Positions 29,080 through 40,103 of a stretch of 64,000 bases of DNA are shown piece by piece. Each line of letters opens with the position of its first letter. Positions within the stretch are counted from its first letter, which is position 1. The stretch covers positions 736,001 through 800,000 of the forward strand of contig OY969807.1 of the NCBI GenBank assembly GCA_963703285.1. The letters are read 5' to 3'. Below the pieces are notes generated by a model. That model made no database searches, was not told where the DNA came from, and worked only from the letters and a program-made list of their open reading frames with translations. The stretch comes from an uncultured Nitrososphaerota archaeon (GTDB taxonomy: Archaea > Thermoproteota > Nitrososphaeria > Nitrososphaerales > Gagatemarchaeaceae). A program made the position numbers and the translations under genes.

Positions 29080-31242
29080 CTATAACAACGATATCAGGAT
29101 GTCGATCAGTTTGATTCCTACGAAGGGCACTATCACCCCTCCGACTCCGTAAATCAGGGTGTTCCGCAGGAAGAGGTTCATAGTGCTTGACGGTCTGAAC
29201 GCGACCCCGCGCATCGCGAGGGGTATCAGGAGCGGGATGATGACAGCGTTGAATATCAAAGCCGAGAGGACGGCGCTGTGGAGGCCGAGATGAAGGACGT
29301 TCAGGGACTCCAGTTGCGGCAATGTGGCCGCGAAGAGGACGGGCACGATTGCGAAGTACTTGGCTATGTCATTGGCTATGCTGAACGCTGTCACGGCGCC
29401 CCTCGTCATCAGGAGCTGCTTGCCGAGCAGGACAACATCTATGACCTTTGCCGGGTTCGACTCCAGGTCGACCATGTTAGCCGCCTCCTTTGCAGCCTCG
29501 GTGCCTGAGTTCATCGCGAGCCCGACGTCGGCGACGGCGAGCGCCGGTGCGTCGTTGGTGCCGTCCCCTATCATCGCGACTATCCTTGACTGAGCTTGCT
29601 CCCTCTTGACTATCTCGAACTTGTCCTCTGGCTTGGCCCTCGGAACGAACTCGTCTATCCCCACCTCTGAGGCGATACTCTTGGCGGTCAACGGTTGGTC
29701 TCCCGTGATCATGACGGGCCGGATGCCCATGGTCTTGACTGCCTGAATCTTCTCCTTGATGCCCAGCTTCAGGACGTCCTTCAGCCTGATGATTCCGAGG
29801 ACCTGCCCGTTCCTCTCGATGGCCATCGGCGTCTCGCCGGCGGCGGATATCGACTCGACGATGGAGTCGTAGTTCGGCGGGTGAGAGCTGACCAGCGTTG
29901 CTATGGAGTCCGGGGCCCCCTTCATGATCTGGATATCCTCCTCCGACGCCTCCATCGCCGCCTCGGCGCCCTCCCGGGAGGACTTCCTCCTCTGTCTGCC
30001 CCGCTTCTCGCCCCCCTTGGGGAGCGTGAGGGTCGCCGACTTCATTATCCTTACGCCGCTTGTCCGCGTGGTCGCCGAGAACTCGTAGGACTTCGAGATG
30101 GCGAGCGAGTTCAGCTCCCTCGGTACGAAGCCCCTCTCGTAGGCGAGCCTGATGATGCTCCGTCCCTCGGGTGTGTCGTCGAACCAAGACGAGAGGAAGG
30201 CGGACTCACCCACCTCGCGCTCGGTGTGGCCGTCGATTGGCAGGAACTCGATCGCCTCCCTGTTGCCAACGGTGATTGTCCCGGTCTTGTCCAGAAGTAT
30301 GACGTCGGCGTCTCCGGCAGTCTCGATGGCCTTGCCGGATTTTGCAACGATCTTCCTCTCGTAGAGCCTCGATATACCGGAGAGGCCTATGGCGGGAAGG
30401 AGTGCGCCGATCGTGGTCGGAAGGAGACACACGTAGAGAGCGATCAGGACGGATAGGTCGGCTCCGAGCCCCAGCGTTACGGAGAGGCCGAGAAGAGAGA
30501 CAATGATGATGCTGAAGATGGCGGTCAGCCCGATCAGCACCATGGTTACGGCTTGCTCGTTGGGGGTCTTCGGCCTCTTGGAGGACTCGACCAGCTTGAT
30601 CATCTGGTTCAGGTAGCTCTCGCCCGGGTTGGCAGCGACTCTGGCAGTCAGCGTGTCGCTGGCGACCAGAGACCCACCGATCAGAGCGTCCCCGGGCGCC
30701 TTCCTCACAGGAGAGGACTCACCGGTGAGCAGCGACTCATCCACCATGGCTATCCCCTCAAGCACCTCGGCGTCGATAGGGACGAGGTCGTTCTTCTCCA
30801 GGAGAATCAGGTCGCCCTTCGCGAGCGCAGTGGAGGGGGTTGAGATTATCTCCCTCGACCATCCGTGGGTCACGACCTTCTTGCTCAGGACCTCGGTCTC
30901 GAGTTTGCGGAGACTGCTTGCGGTGTTCTTCGCCTGCTGCTCGGCTAGCGCGTCGGAGAGAGTGCTGAACCAGACAGTTATGAGGAGGATCGCAGCGACT
31001 TCCACGTAGAAGGTCCGTTCGCTAACACTCGCCACGTCGACGAACCCCTGTGGATAGATCGCCATCGCGGCCACGATGAAGAAGGTAAGCTCGACGATTA
31101 GCATCACGGGGTTCGCGACCAGAGATACTGGGCTGAGGCGGATGATGGAGTCTCCAACGACCTTCCATGGGATGAGTCCCCTCCTGCTTCCAGTGTCGGG
31201 CCGGACCGACTTCGCTTGGTTCGCGGGTGTCTGTGTATCCAA
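29080..31242 (-). CDS. kdpB: K+-transporting ATPase subunit B
   Basis: TGES, PTTIG, DKTGT, GDGTNDAPAL, FSIANDIAKYF. Confidence 0.97.
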   Translation of the reverse strand: MDTQTPANQAKSVRPDTGSRRGLIPWKVVGDSIIRLSPVSLVANPVMLIVELTFFIVAAMAIYPQGFVDVASVSERTFYVEVAAILLITVWFSTLSDALAEQQAKNTASSLRKLETEVLSKKVVTHGWSREIISTPSTALAKGDLILLEKNDLVPIDAEVLEGIAMVDESLLTGESSPVRKAPGDALIGGSLVASDTLTARVAANPGESYLNQMIKLVESSKRPKTPNEQAVTMVLIGLTAIFSIIIVSLLGLSVTLGLGADLSVLIALYVCLLPTTIGALLPAIGLSGISRLYERKIVAKSGKAIETAGDADVILLDKTGTITVGNREAIEFLPIDGHTEREVGESAFLSSWFDDTPEGRSIIRLAYERGFVPRELNSLAISKSYEFSATTRTSGVRIMKSATLTLPKGGEKRGRQRRKSSREGAEAAMEASEEDIQIMKGAPDSIATLVSSHPPNYDSIVESISAAGETPMAIERNGQVLGIIRLKDVLKLGIKEKIQAVKTMGIRPVMITGDQPLTAKSIASEVGIDEFVPRAKPEDKFEIVKREQAQSRIVAMIGDGTNDAPALAVADVGLAMNSGTEAAKEAANMVDLESNPAKVIDVVLLGKQLLMTRGAVTAFSIANDIAKYFAIVPVLFAATLPQLESLNVLHLGLHSAVLSALIFNAVIIPLLIPLAMRGVAFRPSSTMNLFLRNTLIYGVGGVIVPFVGIKLIDILISLL

Positions 31243-31247
31243 CTATC

Positions 31248-32901
31248 TCAGAACCCCTTGAAGTAGGAGAGGATCGGTCCAAGCGCCAAGAACGGGAAGA
31301 AGGTGAGCACGACCAGGATGAGGATGCTGGCCACCAGAACGAGAGTGAAGATCAAGCTGTCGGTCCTGAGACCCACCTCTTCGCCCCTCTTCCGGCCCAT
31401 CATCGAACCGCCCAGCGCGACCAGTATCCCTATCGGAGCATACCGGCCGAGGAACATCACTATGCCCGTCGAGACGTTAAAGAAGACGGTGTTCGCCGAG
31501 GCGCCGAGGAAGTCCGAGCCGTTGTTCGCAGCGGCGGATGTGAACTCGTAGAATATCTGCGTGAAGCCTGCGGAGTTGGTTCCGACCCCTATTGCCGCTG
31601 CAGCCCCTGAGGCGTAGGCCAGCAACGTTGGCACGAGTATGATGAGCGGGTGTATCAGGAAGGCGACCATCACGAGCTTTACGTCGCGGCTGGTTATCTT
31701 CATCCCCAGATATTCGGGCGTCCTGCCCGACATCAGCCCCACGATGAAGACGGTGATGATGATGTACATGACCATGTACATCAAACCGACTCCTTTCCCT
31801 CCAGGAGTGGACTGGATCAGCATCCCCATGAACGCCGCCAGGATGACGAGCGAGTGCTCCCCGCCCAGCGAAGAGTTGACGGAGCCGGTCGTGACAGCGG
31901 TGGTCACAACGGTCCAGAAGGCAGAGAAGAAGCCGCCGAACCTTGTCTCGATGCCTGGGCCCAGTGCGGTGTTGGGTATGAAAGCGATGGCTGAGGTCTA
32001 TCGCGAACAGGCTGTATGCGCCTATCAGTATTGGTCTAGTCTCGCGCTTCTTCCCTAGCACCTCGCCGTAGACGAAGCAAAGCGTCGTCGGCAATAGCAG
32101 CATCAGGAACATCTCGAAGATGTCGGTGGCGGGGTTGGGGTTCTGGAACGGGTTGGCGGAGTTTGCGCCGTAGTACCCACCGCCATTCGTGCCCAGCTGC
32201 ATGATCGAGACCAAGGACGCGACCGGGCCGATTCGGATGACCTCACCGGCCCCGTTGACGAGCCCTTCGATGGTAGTCGCGTTGACGTAGCCGCTTATGG
32301 TCTGCGGGATACCGAGCCAGACCAGGACGATTGAGGCGACCAGGCATAGCGGGATGAGTATCCTGGTGATTGTCCTCACAAAATCGACGTAGAAGTTCCC
32401 CATGTCCTTCGAGCCGGCGGTCAACGCTCTGCTGAAGGCAATCGCCACGCAGATGCCCGTCGCCGCTGAGGTGAACTGCAGGAACTGTATGGCCGTCATC
32501 TGGCTGAAGTAGGATAGAGCGTACTCGCCGTTGTAGTGCTGGAGGTTGGTGTTGGTGGCGATTGATACTGCTGTATTGAACGCCAGGCTCCACGAGACCC
32601 CTTGAAAGTGCATCGGATTGAGCGGGAGTATGTTTTGGTACGTCAGTATCGTGAAGGCGATGGCCATCTGCACGATGTTCACGAACAAGGCAGCGAAGAA
32701 GTACTCCCTCCAGCCCATCGTATAGGCTGTGTTCACTCCGGTCAGGCGATAGATGGCGTTCTCGACAGGATTGAGGACCCTGTCAAGACGGCCAGGAGCT
32801 CTAGCGAAGACCCGTACGATGTAGGGTGCAAGGCGCCACCCAGCGAGTATTGCTGACCCGAGGATGCCTATTACGTAGAGCAGCTGAATAGCGTCTATCA
32901 A
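31248..32901 (-). CDS. kdpA: K+-transporting ATPase subunit A, frame break near 31992
   Basis: TNTNLQHY, LGTNGGGYYGANSANPFQNP, TTGSVN, GRTPEYLG, SAAANNGS. Confidence 0.93.
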
Positions 32902-32963
32902 TTATTCCAAGGTTCTTTTTGTCTATGGTCTCCATCACTAAAAATGCTGTCCTGAGATGAAGT

Positions 32964-33281
32964 CTACTGACGCGGTGCGAGCTTTCTCTCATGCTCGCCA
33001 TTGGTTCTTGGGCCCTTGTGCGCCATGAGGACGACTGAACTCACCGTGCTCTTTACGCCCTTGATCTTCATTATCTTGTTCTTCAGGACATCCCTAAACT
33101 CTTCGATGTCCGCGGAGGAAAGAAGCGTCACGATGTCGAACTCGCCTGTGACCTCGTAGAGTTCTTCGAGATTGTCGAGCTTCTTAAGCGACTGCACCAC
33201 GTCGTCCATGAGAGCGGATTCTACGAAGATGTCAACGAATGCGAGTAGTCGAGCCAATCGATTCACCGAGACTTCGACCAT
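32964..33281 (-). CDS. Stand-alone Lrp/AsnC ligand-binding-domain protein
   Basis: LYEVTGEFDIV, IKGVKSTVSSVVL; no N-terminal HTH. Confidence 0.85.
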   Translation of the reverse strand: MVEVSVNRLARLLAFVDIFVESALMDDVVQSLKKLDNLEELYEVTGEFDIVTLLSSADIEEFRDVLKNKIMKIKGVKSTVSSVVLMAHKGPRTNGEHERKLAPRQ

Positions 33282-33432
33282 CGACGAAGATGCGTTTATA
33301 AGAGTTGCTAGAGTTCTTTTTTACACAATCGCAACAAAAAACATCTGAAGTGTCTTCTGGGGATTCGGCGCGCCAGAGTGATGTTTCTGGACTTCGGCCG
33401 AGACGGGCCTTGGGAAATACGACTGAAACTGC

Positions 33433-33873
33433 CTATTCCTGCCTAAGCGCCATGGCCACGCATATCGCGGTCATGAGGTAGTTGAGGACATACAGGCTGA
33501 CGCAGACCGGGCAGACGGCATGGATGACAGCGAGCTCGAGGTACCAGAGGTAGAGCGTGAAGATGTTACCCACCATGAGGAGGGGGACGAAGATGGATGG
33601 GTTGATTCCGCCACGCCTTCGGACGAAGTAGATGCCGAGGGCGAGCAGCAGGGGGAACCAAATCAAGCCGTAGACGAAGAGCGAGAGCCCGCCGTGGGGC
33701 GGGAAGGTCGTGTAGCCGGACCTGAAGACATTCCCGCATGAGAGGAAGTTGTTGACGTTGCATATGGTCGACCCGGGAGCGGAATAGCTCGTCACCTCGT
33801 CGTAGCCGTGATAGATGGCGACAGGGATGTCGATAGCGGCGAGGGTCAGAAACGACTTGGTGAGCCGATCCAT
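33433..33873 (-). CDS. Vitamin K epoxide reductase (VKOR) family protein
   Basis: Loop Cys pair [15 protein letters not shown] and active-site CPVC in [14 protein letters not shown]; ATG 33873. Confidence 0.9.
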   Translation of the reverse strand: MDRLTKSFLTLAAIDIPVAIYHGYDEVTSYSAPGSTICNVNNFLSCGNVFRSGYTTFPPHGGLSLFVYGLIWFPLLLALGIYFVRRRGGINPSIFVPLLMVGNIFTLYLWYLELAVIHAVCPVCVSLYVLNYLMTAICVAMALRQE

Positions 33874-34772
33874 CGAGTCTCTTCTCGTACTTGGGGGAGG
33901 AGGGGCGTTCCCTGCAGGGAAGACGTTCCCGACGCGGGAGTCAGGTAGCCCAGGGTGACGTCTGCGTACGACTGCGAGCAGACCGAGGTTGGCTGACCCC
34001 CGTCGACCTTGCAGATTGCCGTAATGAGCGTGTTGGCGGTCCCGTCCAGCTGCTGTGCGATGTTGTTGTTCGGATTGTTGAGTACCGAGGCTACTGCGGT
34101 CCAGTTCATCCCTCCGATGTCGATGGTAGTCTGGGCGCCGCAGTTCACGGCCCACGAGTTCGCTATATCGACGAACGGAATGCCCCCGCTGCCGCTCGAG
34201 GATCCCCCGCACGAATCGTAGCTGGAGACGAGCGAGGTCTCCACGGAGTTGAGCGTGGTGATGGTGCTCGTAGCCCTGTTGAACTCCTCAATCGGCAGGA
34301 AGGCGATGTACTGGCTGGTGTAGGTCGAGTTGGAGAATGTGAAAGTCGGCGTGTTTGCGTTGATGTCGCCCGAAGACGACTGCATGTACTCTAGGCCACT
34401 GAAGCTCCCGAAGTGAGAGAGCGCGATTATCAGACTCCATCTCTCGACCGCGCAGTAGGGGCAGAAATCGCCCCCTACGTAGAGGACCTCCGGCTTCCCC
34501 CCGACCGTGAGCGCAGGGCCGGTGACGGCGGCGGGAGGAGTCACGCCGCTCGGCACGCCAATCGTGGAGAGCGTGGAGTCGTTGACCCCGGTCATCGCCT
34601 GAAGCACTGAGGTGGAGACGGGTAGGCCGATGTACTTCGCCCCTGGGTCATTCTGGGAGGCCTCGACCACCAGGGTGAGGACCACGACCACCGCGATGAT
34701 CGCGACGACAATGGAGACGGTGACGATGCGCCGATTCCTCTGTTTGGCCCTCTGAGTCGCGCGCCTGCCCAT
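33846..34772 (-). CDS. DUF929-family membrane-anchored thioredoxin-like protein
   Basis: Basic N-terminus plus TM; [34 protein letters not shown]. Confidence 0.85.
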   Translation of the reverse strand: MGRRATQRAKQRNRRIVTVSIVVAIIAVVVVLTLVVEASQNDPGAKYIGLPVSTSVLQAMTGVNDSTLSTIGVPSGVTPPAAVTGPALTVGGKPEVLYVGGDFCPYCAVERWSLIIALSHFGSFSGLEYMQSSSGDINANTPTFTFSNSTYTSQYIAFLPIEEFNRATSTITTLNSVETSLVSSYDSCGGSSSGSGGIPFVDIANSWAVNCGAQTTIDIGGMNWTAVASVLNNPNNNIAQQLDGTANTLITAICKVDGGQPTSVCSQSYADVTLGYLTPASGTSSLQGTPLLPQVREETRWIGSPSRF

Positions 34773-34820
34773 GGAGTATCGTCTAGGCGCCCGTTGGGAG
34801 GTGGATAAAATTGTTTGGCA

Positions 34821-35330
34821 TCAGAAATCCCATAGGTCCACGAAACTATCGGCGGCCACGGTGAGCAGGTTCCTCTCGAAGAGCGTCAAGGCCTCCGCGA
34901 CCCTCTCCTGGTCGCGGACCTCGTAGATCGACCCGGAGCCCAGTGAGGGCGTCCTGGTGACGAGCCCCGTTGCGCACAACAGTTCGATACGCTCGCTCAC
35001 CGTAGACTTGGGCAGACCCGTCGCCTCCGAGATTGACCCGTTCGCTGACCTCCCGTTTGTGACGAGGGCCCTCAGGACCTGTCTCGTCGTCCTGCTATGC
35101 AGCACAGAATAAAGCCCCCGGGCCCTGTCGTCGAACCCGACCGGAAACAGGCGGCAGTAGCCGCCCTGTTCCATCCTGAGAACCTCGCCGTTGCGCTCCA
35201 AGGTATCCACGTGGTACCTGGTGGTGTTGAAGGAGGCCTTGAGCAGCCTCTGTAGCTCCCTCAGGTGTATGCCGGGAAAAAGCGACACGAGCTCCTTCGC
35301 CCTCAGCCTGTTGAGGTTCGTCGAGCTCAT
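34821..35330 (-). CDS. Tandem winged-helix (ArsR-like) transcriptional regulator
   Basis: PGIHLRELQR..TTRYHV..LE, plus a second HTH (ISEATGLPKSTVSERI). Confidence 0.82.
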   Translation of the reverse strand: MSSTNLNRLRAKELVSLFPGIHLRELQRLLKASFNTTRYHVDTLERNGEVLRMEQGGYCRLFPVGFDDRARGLYSVLHSRTTRQVLRALVTNGRSANGSISEATGLPKSTVSERIELLCATGLVTRTPSLGSGSIYEVRDQERVAEALTLFERNLLTVAADSFVDLWDF

Positions 35331-35644
35331 GACCTCAACCCCTTCGACGGGATTATTAGAGCTATCGCGAAGCTCACCATCATCAGCAACTCCAGAAAGT
35401 GGACGAGATGGAGATCCACATACGGAATGAGAATCAGCAGCCCGCCGTAGTATAGCTGTTGGTAGAGTGTTACGACCTCATCCATGCACAGAAGCCCAAA
35501 AGCGAGCATCAGGAAGAGATAGCGCTGCCCCCTCCTCCGCACGAAGGCCGCGACCGAGACCCCGAAGAGGCCCACGGAGAACAGTGCGAGGAGCATGTGG
35601 AGGAGGTCGTTCGGTTCCGACGACGTGAGGGGAGAGAACAGCAA
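35327..35644 (-). CDS. Small 3-TM membrane protein coupled to the regulator
   Basis: Three hydrophobic segments; ATGA overlap with the downstream wHTH gene. Confidence 0.7.
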   Translation of the reverse strand: MLFSPLTSSEPNDLLHMLLALFSVGLFGVSVAAFVRRRGQRYLFLMLAFGLLCMDEVVTLYQQLYYGGLLILIPYVDLHLVHFLELLMMVSFAIALIIPSKGLRS

Positions 35645-35978
35645 CCGTCTATTCCACCGATATTTGCCCGAGCGGTCAGATTTAAGAGTGGCGAGTGTTC
35701 GAAGTTTGAGCCATAGAGCTGGCCCGACAAAAGGCCCGAATAGGACTTCGGAGGTCGTATCATGAGGCAGGCACTCTTCAGTTAGCTACAAAGTTTGGGG
35801 AGATGGCCTTCCTTGCATCCCGCGAATGGGGTAAATGGAAGGACTCACAGTTTCTATCGCAATGATCGTCTTCCGTTAACTGACCGAGGCTCGTAGAGGG
35901 CAGCTTCCATAGTATTTTGAGAGCACAATCGAATACGTTCGGGTATAGTCGTATCTACTTGAAGACAAACGTACCCAC

Positions 35979-36736
35979 ATGCCTACAGACAGGAGAGAGA
36001 AGAAAGATTCTGAACTTTCAGCTCGCGCTCAAGGAGAGGGAGCCGAGTCGAAGAGTGATTTGATGACTGGCGTCACGAAGGCCAAGGTCAGAAGAGGACC
36101 CTGCTGAAGGGCACGGCTGCCGCGGCAGCGGTGGTCGGCGTTTCAGCCGTTGCTATGAAGGAGGTGCAGCTCGGACCGTCAAGGGAGCAGTCTTCAACTG
36201 CCATCGGTTCTACTGAACAGCTATCCTCCATTGATTCAGCCCCTCCAGCCCCTCCGTTGGACCCATTCGCTGCCCAGTCGGTGCAGCTTACCGTCAATGG
36301 CACAAGCTACACCGTCTCAGTGGAACCAAGGGACATGCTTGTCAACGTGCTGAGAGAGGATTTGAACCTGATCGGGACCAAACGCCCTTGCAACAGGATG
36401 GAGTGTGGCGCTTGCACCGTCCTGATAAACGGAACGCCAATCAACTCGTGCAACTATCTGGCGACTCGTGCCGTGGGGAAGCAGATTCTTACGATCGAGG
36501 GTACGGACTCTGTCCTCCAAGCTCTCCAAGCCGCTTGGATTACTAACGATGCGTCGCAGTGCGGATATTGTCAACCGGGACAACTGATGACCGCAACGGC
36601 GCTTCTCAAGAGCAACCCATCCCCTACAACGGACGAGATCAAGAGCGCCATGCGCGGAGTTATCTGTCGATGCGGCACCTATCTTAACATTATCGAGGCG
36701 GTTCAGGCGGCCTCTACGAGTTTGGGAGGCGCTTGA
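35979..36736 (+). CDS. Molybdenum hydroxylase 2x[2Fe-2S] subunit with Tat-like signal (PaoA-like), frame break near 36095
   Basis: CNRMECGAC..NSC and QCGYC..CRC; upstream RTLLKGTAAAAAVVG is reachable only from ATG 35979/36063 by a -1 shift. Confidence 0.88.
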
Positions 36737-39052
36737 AGATGAGTTTTGCTCTTGTAGGCAATCCGAACGTAACAAGGCGGGACATAGCAGCCAAGACGAC
36801 AGGGAAGGCGGTCTACTCGACCGACATCAACCCGACGCACATAGCGGCGACCACCATGTGGTACATGGGAGCCATAACATCTCCCTATTCCAGAGCCAAG
36901 ATAGTCAGCATTGACACCTCACAGGCAGAGGCAGCCGGATACGTGGCCGTTACCTACGAGGACCTGCCTGAGGGTGCCTTGATTACGGGCGGTTCAATGC
37001 CCGTAACGCCGTTGCCCAGCGATGAAACCAAGTACTCCGGGCAGATCATAGCGGCCGTTGGAGCGCCGTCACCTAAGGAGGTCGACGATGCACTCGACTT
37101 GGTGAAGGTCGTCCTTGAACCACTTCCATACGTGCTCGATCCAGAAGAAGCCATGCAGTCGGGCGCGGTCGAGGTGCAGCCGAACGGCAATCTACCCGGT
37201 GGTGTCGCGCCTACGTACTCGACCGTGCTGGGTGACGCTGACACAGCGATAGCAAACGCAGACGCGGTCGTGACCATGACGCTCGAGACCCAGCACACGC
37301 AGCACTTCGATATGGAGCCCTGGAGTGACGTGATCTGGTGGACGGGTGGAGACCTGTACATCTGGGCCGCCAACAAGGCCCACTCGAGCGCTACCGAAAG
37401 GACCAGCATGTCCAACTACTTCGGGATATCAATCAACAACGTGATCTTCAGGACGGCCCTGGGTGGCGTCGAAGGAGGAGACGCCTTCGGGATGTCGCTC
37501 GGGAACAAGGGCTGCCCCGAAGAGTTCGAGGCCGTGGCAGCGGTGATGGCGCAAAAAGTGGGAGCGCCCATAAAGTACACCCCCACGCGGTACGAGCACG
37601 CCCTTAACACAACTTCGAGATACCCGATAAAGGGCTACGTCACGTTCGCGGGAACGAAGGACGGGACCTTCACGGCGATGAAGGCGGTCCTGTACGAGAA
37701 CGCCGGCGCCGTGGGCTCAGCCAGCGGGAGCGACACCGTGAGCGACTTCGTGCAGGCGTACGTGGTTCCCAACGTGAACATCCAGCTGACATCCGTGAGC
37801 ACCAACGCCACCCACCAGACCCGGAGCCAGCGCGACGTTGGAGAGACGCAGGCCCACTACCTCATGGAGACCGTCGTTGATCAGCTGGCGAAGAAGCTGG
37901 GGATGGACCCGGTTCAGTTCAGACTGCAGAACATGAGGACAGCGGCCACGGCCGTCGACCCGACTACGGGATACAAGTACTCCGGGCTCGGCATGCCCCA
38001 GGCGTTTGTCGGCGCCCAGAACGCCTTCAATTGGAGCTCCATGTGGAAGGGATGGGGCGTTCCCAGTTCGGTATCCGGGACAAAGAGGAGGGGAGTAGGC
38101 GTATCAATCGTGAACTTGACCAAGGGAGCCCCTGGGTCTTGTGTCGGGCAGGTCCAGGTCAACACGAACGGTACCGTGGAATGCATCACGACCTGCGTGG
38201 ACCCGGGATGCGGGGTCAACACGGCACTGCCAATTATAACGGGTGAGCTGTTAGGGCTCACCTCCCTGAGCGGGATAAGCGTGTCGCAAGGGGATTCGAC
38301 GATAGAGTCGACGACCGGTCCTCAACCCAGCGGCAGCCAGGGCACCAGAATCCTTTGGTCTTGCAGCCGTGTCCGCGGTCGCCAACTTGCAGACCCTTTG
38401 GTTCCCGACCGTAGCGGCGAAACTCGCTCCTGGTACGAAGGCCACGAACCTTGCCTTCGGGAACAACACCATCTACGACACGACCAACCCCTCGAACAAG
38501 ATGTCCTTTACGGCGGCTGCAGCTCTGCTCTCGGCGCCGATCAAGGGCATGGGCAACTACACGCTTCCTGCGAAGACGACATACCGGGTCGCTGGAGGGA
38601 AGTTCGTCGAAGTCGAAGTCGACATGGAGACAGCAGACATTCGGGTCGTGAGCTACGCCAGTGGCCTAGACATAGGCAGGGTCATCTTCCCGAAGGGCGC
38701 GGAAAGCCAGGTCAGGAGCGGCATGTACCAGGGCATTGGCCAGACGCTATGGGAAGACTTCTGGTACGACCCGGCCACGGGCGTAATCCTGAACGCGGAC
38801 TTCCTCAATTTCAAAGGTCCGACAATAATGGAGAGCCCGGACACCGCCGTGGCCACATGGGACGAATACGTCGACCCGGTGGGACCGTACGGCGGAAAGG
38901 GCATAGGAGAGCCGTGCCTGTGCGGCTTCGTCTCGGCGATGACCAACGCACTAAGCAACGCGCTCGGGGGCTACGTCTTCACCAAGATTCCCATCGCAAG
39001 GGAGGACGTTGTCGCGGCCATACAATGGATGAATCAGAATGGGGTATCCTAG
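36733..39052 (+). CDS. Xanthine-dehydrogenase-family molybdopterin-binding subunit (PaoC-like), frame break near 38360
   Basis: AKTTGKAVYSTD, MDPVQFRLQN, EVEVDMETADI, QGIGQTLWE, GGKGIGEP. Confidence 0.9.
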
Positions 39053-39068
39053 GAGGTGTGGATGAGAG

Positions 39069-40076
39069 ATGAGAACCGAAGTATCTCGATTCGCTCTTAT
39101 TCAGGCCTCAACGGTCGACGACGCGGTCTCGAAGCTGACAAAATACGGCGGCACGGCCGTGGTGATCGCTGGAGGGACGGACGTGGTGCTGAGGAACAAG
39201 AGCAAAATCGCCACGATGATGCCAAGTTACCTGATAGACATATCGGGGCTGAACCTGAGTTACCTCAACTACGACCCGAGCGGTGGCTTCCACATAGGTG
39301 CGACTACGCCGGTAAGCACCGTTGCCAGTGACGCGAATGTGAACAGCGTGGTCCCGGCGCTCGCTCAAGCGGCCTCTGCCGTGGCTACGCCCCAGATACA
39401 GAACCAAGCAACAATCGCCGGAGACATCCTGCAGGAAGTCTGGTGCCCGTACTTTAGAAACAACTTCCAGTGCTGGCGGAACGGAGGCAACATGTGCTAT
39501 GGAGTCGACGGCGACAATCGCTACTATCACAGCCTGTTCGGGGGCAATCTCTGCTATGGCGTCCATGCCAGTGACATCTCGACCGCCCTGTCAGCGCTGG
39601 ACGCTGACGTCACCGTAGCGGGCTCTTCAGGAACGAGAACCGTGTCGATGGATCAGTTGCTGCAGGGCGTAACCATCGTGGACGGCCGGGTCAAGGAGAA
39701 CAGTCTGCGCTACAATGAACTCGTGACAGAGGTCCACATTCCAGCGCCAGCCCCAGGGACGGTGAGCGCATTCTACAAGGTTCAGGAAAGAGGCGGCTTC
39801 GACTTTGCGCTCGCCAGCGCTGCGGTGGTACTGAGCCTCTCCGGCAACACCATCTCCAAGGCAAGGGTCGTTCTGGGAGGAGTGGCCAACAAACCCTACA
39901 GGGCCTCCTCTGCGGAGAGCTACCTAGTGGGTCAGCAACTCGGCGAGACCGTGTACGCAGAAGCGGCAACCAAGGCCCTGTCCGGCGCTACCCCGCTCAC
40001 GACAGGGGTGGGGAACGCGTTCCGGGTCTTCGTAGCACAGGGAGCATTGAAGGCAGCGCTTCGCTCACTCGCGTAG
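39069..40076 (+). CDS. FAD-binding subunit with [4Fe-4S] insert (PaoB-like)
   Basis: IAGGTD, ATPQIQNQATIAG, Cys insert CPYFR..C..C..C, DFALASAA. Confidence 0.92.
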   Translation: MRTEVSRFALIQASTVDDAVSKLTKYGGTAVVIAGGTDVVLRNKSKIATMMPSYLIDISGLNLSYLNYDPSGGFHIGATTPVSTVASDANVNSVVPALAQAASAVATPQIQNQATIAGDILQEVWCPYFRNNFQCWRNGGNMCYGVDGDNRYYHSLFGGNLCYGVHASDISTALSALDADVTVAGSSGTRTVSMDQLLQGVTIVDGRVKENSLRYNELVTEVHIPAPAPGTVSAFYKVQERGGFDFALASAAVVLSLSGNTISKARVVLGGVANKPYRASSAESYLVGQQLGETVYAEAATKALSGATPLTTGVGNAFRVFVAQGALKAALRSLA

Positions 40077-40103
40077 CGGGCTGATAAGCGTCGGCGAGAA
40101 ACC

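Noticed and set aside
32902-32963. kdpF candidate upstream of kdpA
   Set aside because: The short ORF (METIDKKNLGII...) is hydrophilic and unlike the single-TM KdpF
33433-34212. DUF929-VKOR fusion through a frameshift (VKOR frame is open 340 nt upstream)
   Set aside because: VKOR has its own ATG at 33873; fusing an outside domain to VKOR's cytoplasmic N-terminus needs an extra TM that is absent
35718-35742. GGCCCGA repeats as an att copy of the tRNA-Val 3' end
   Set aside because: The match is only 6-7 bp in GC-rich DNA and is not significant
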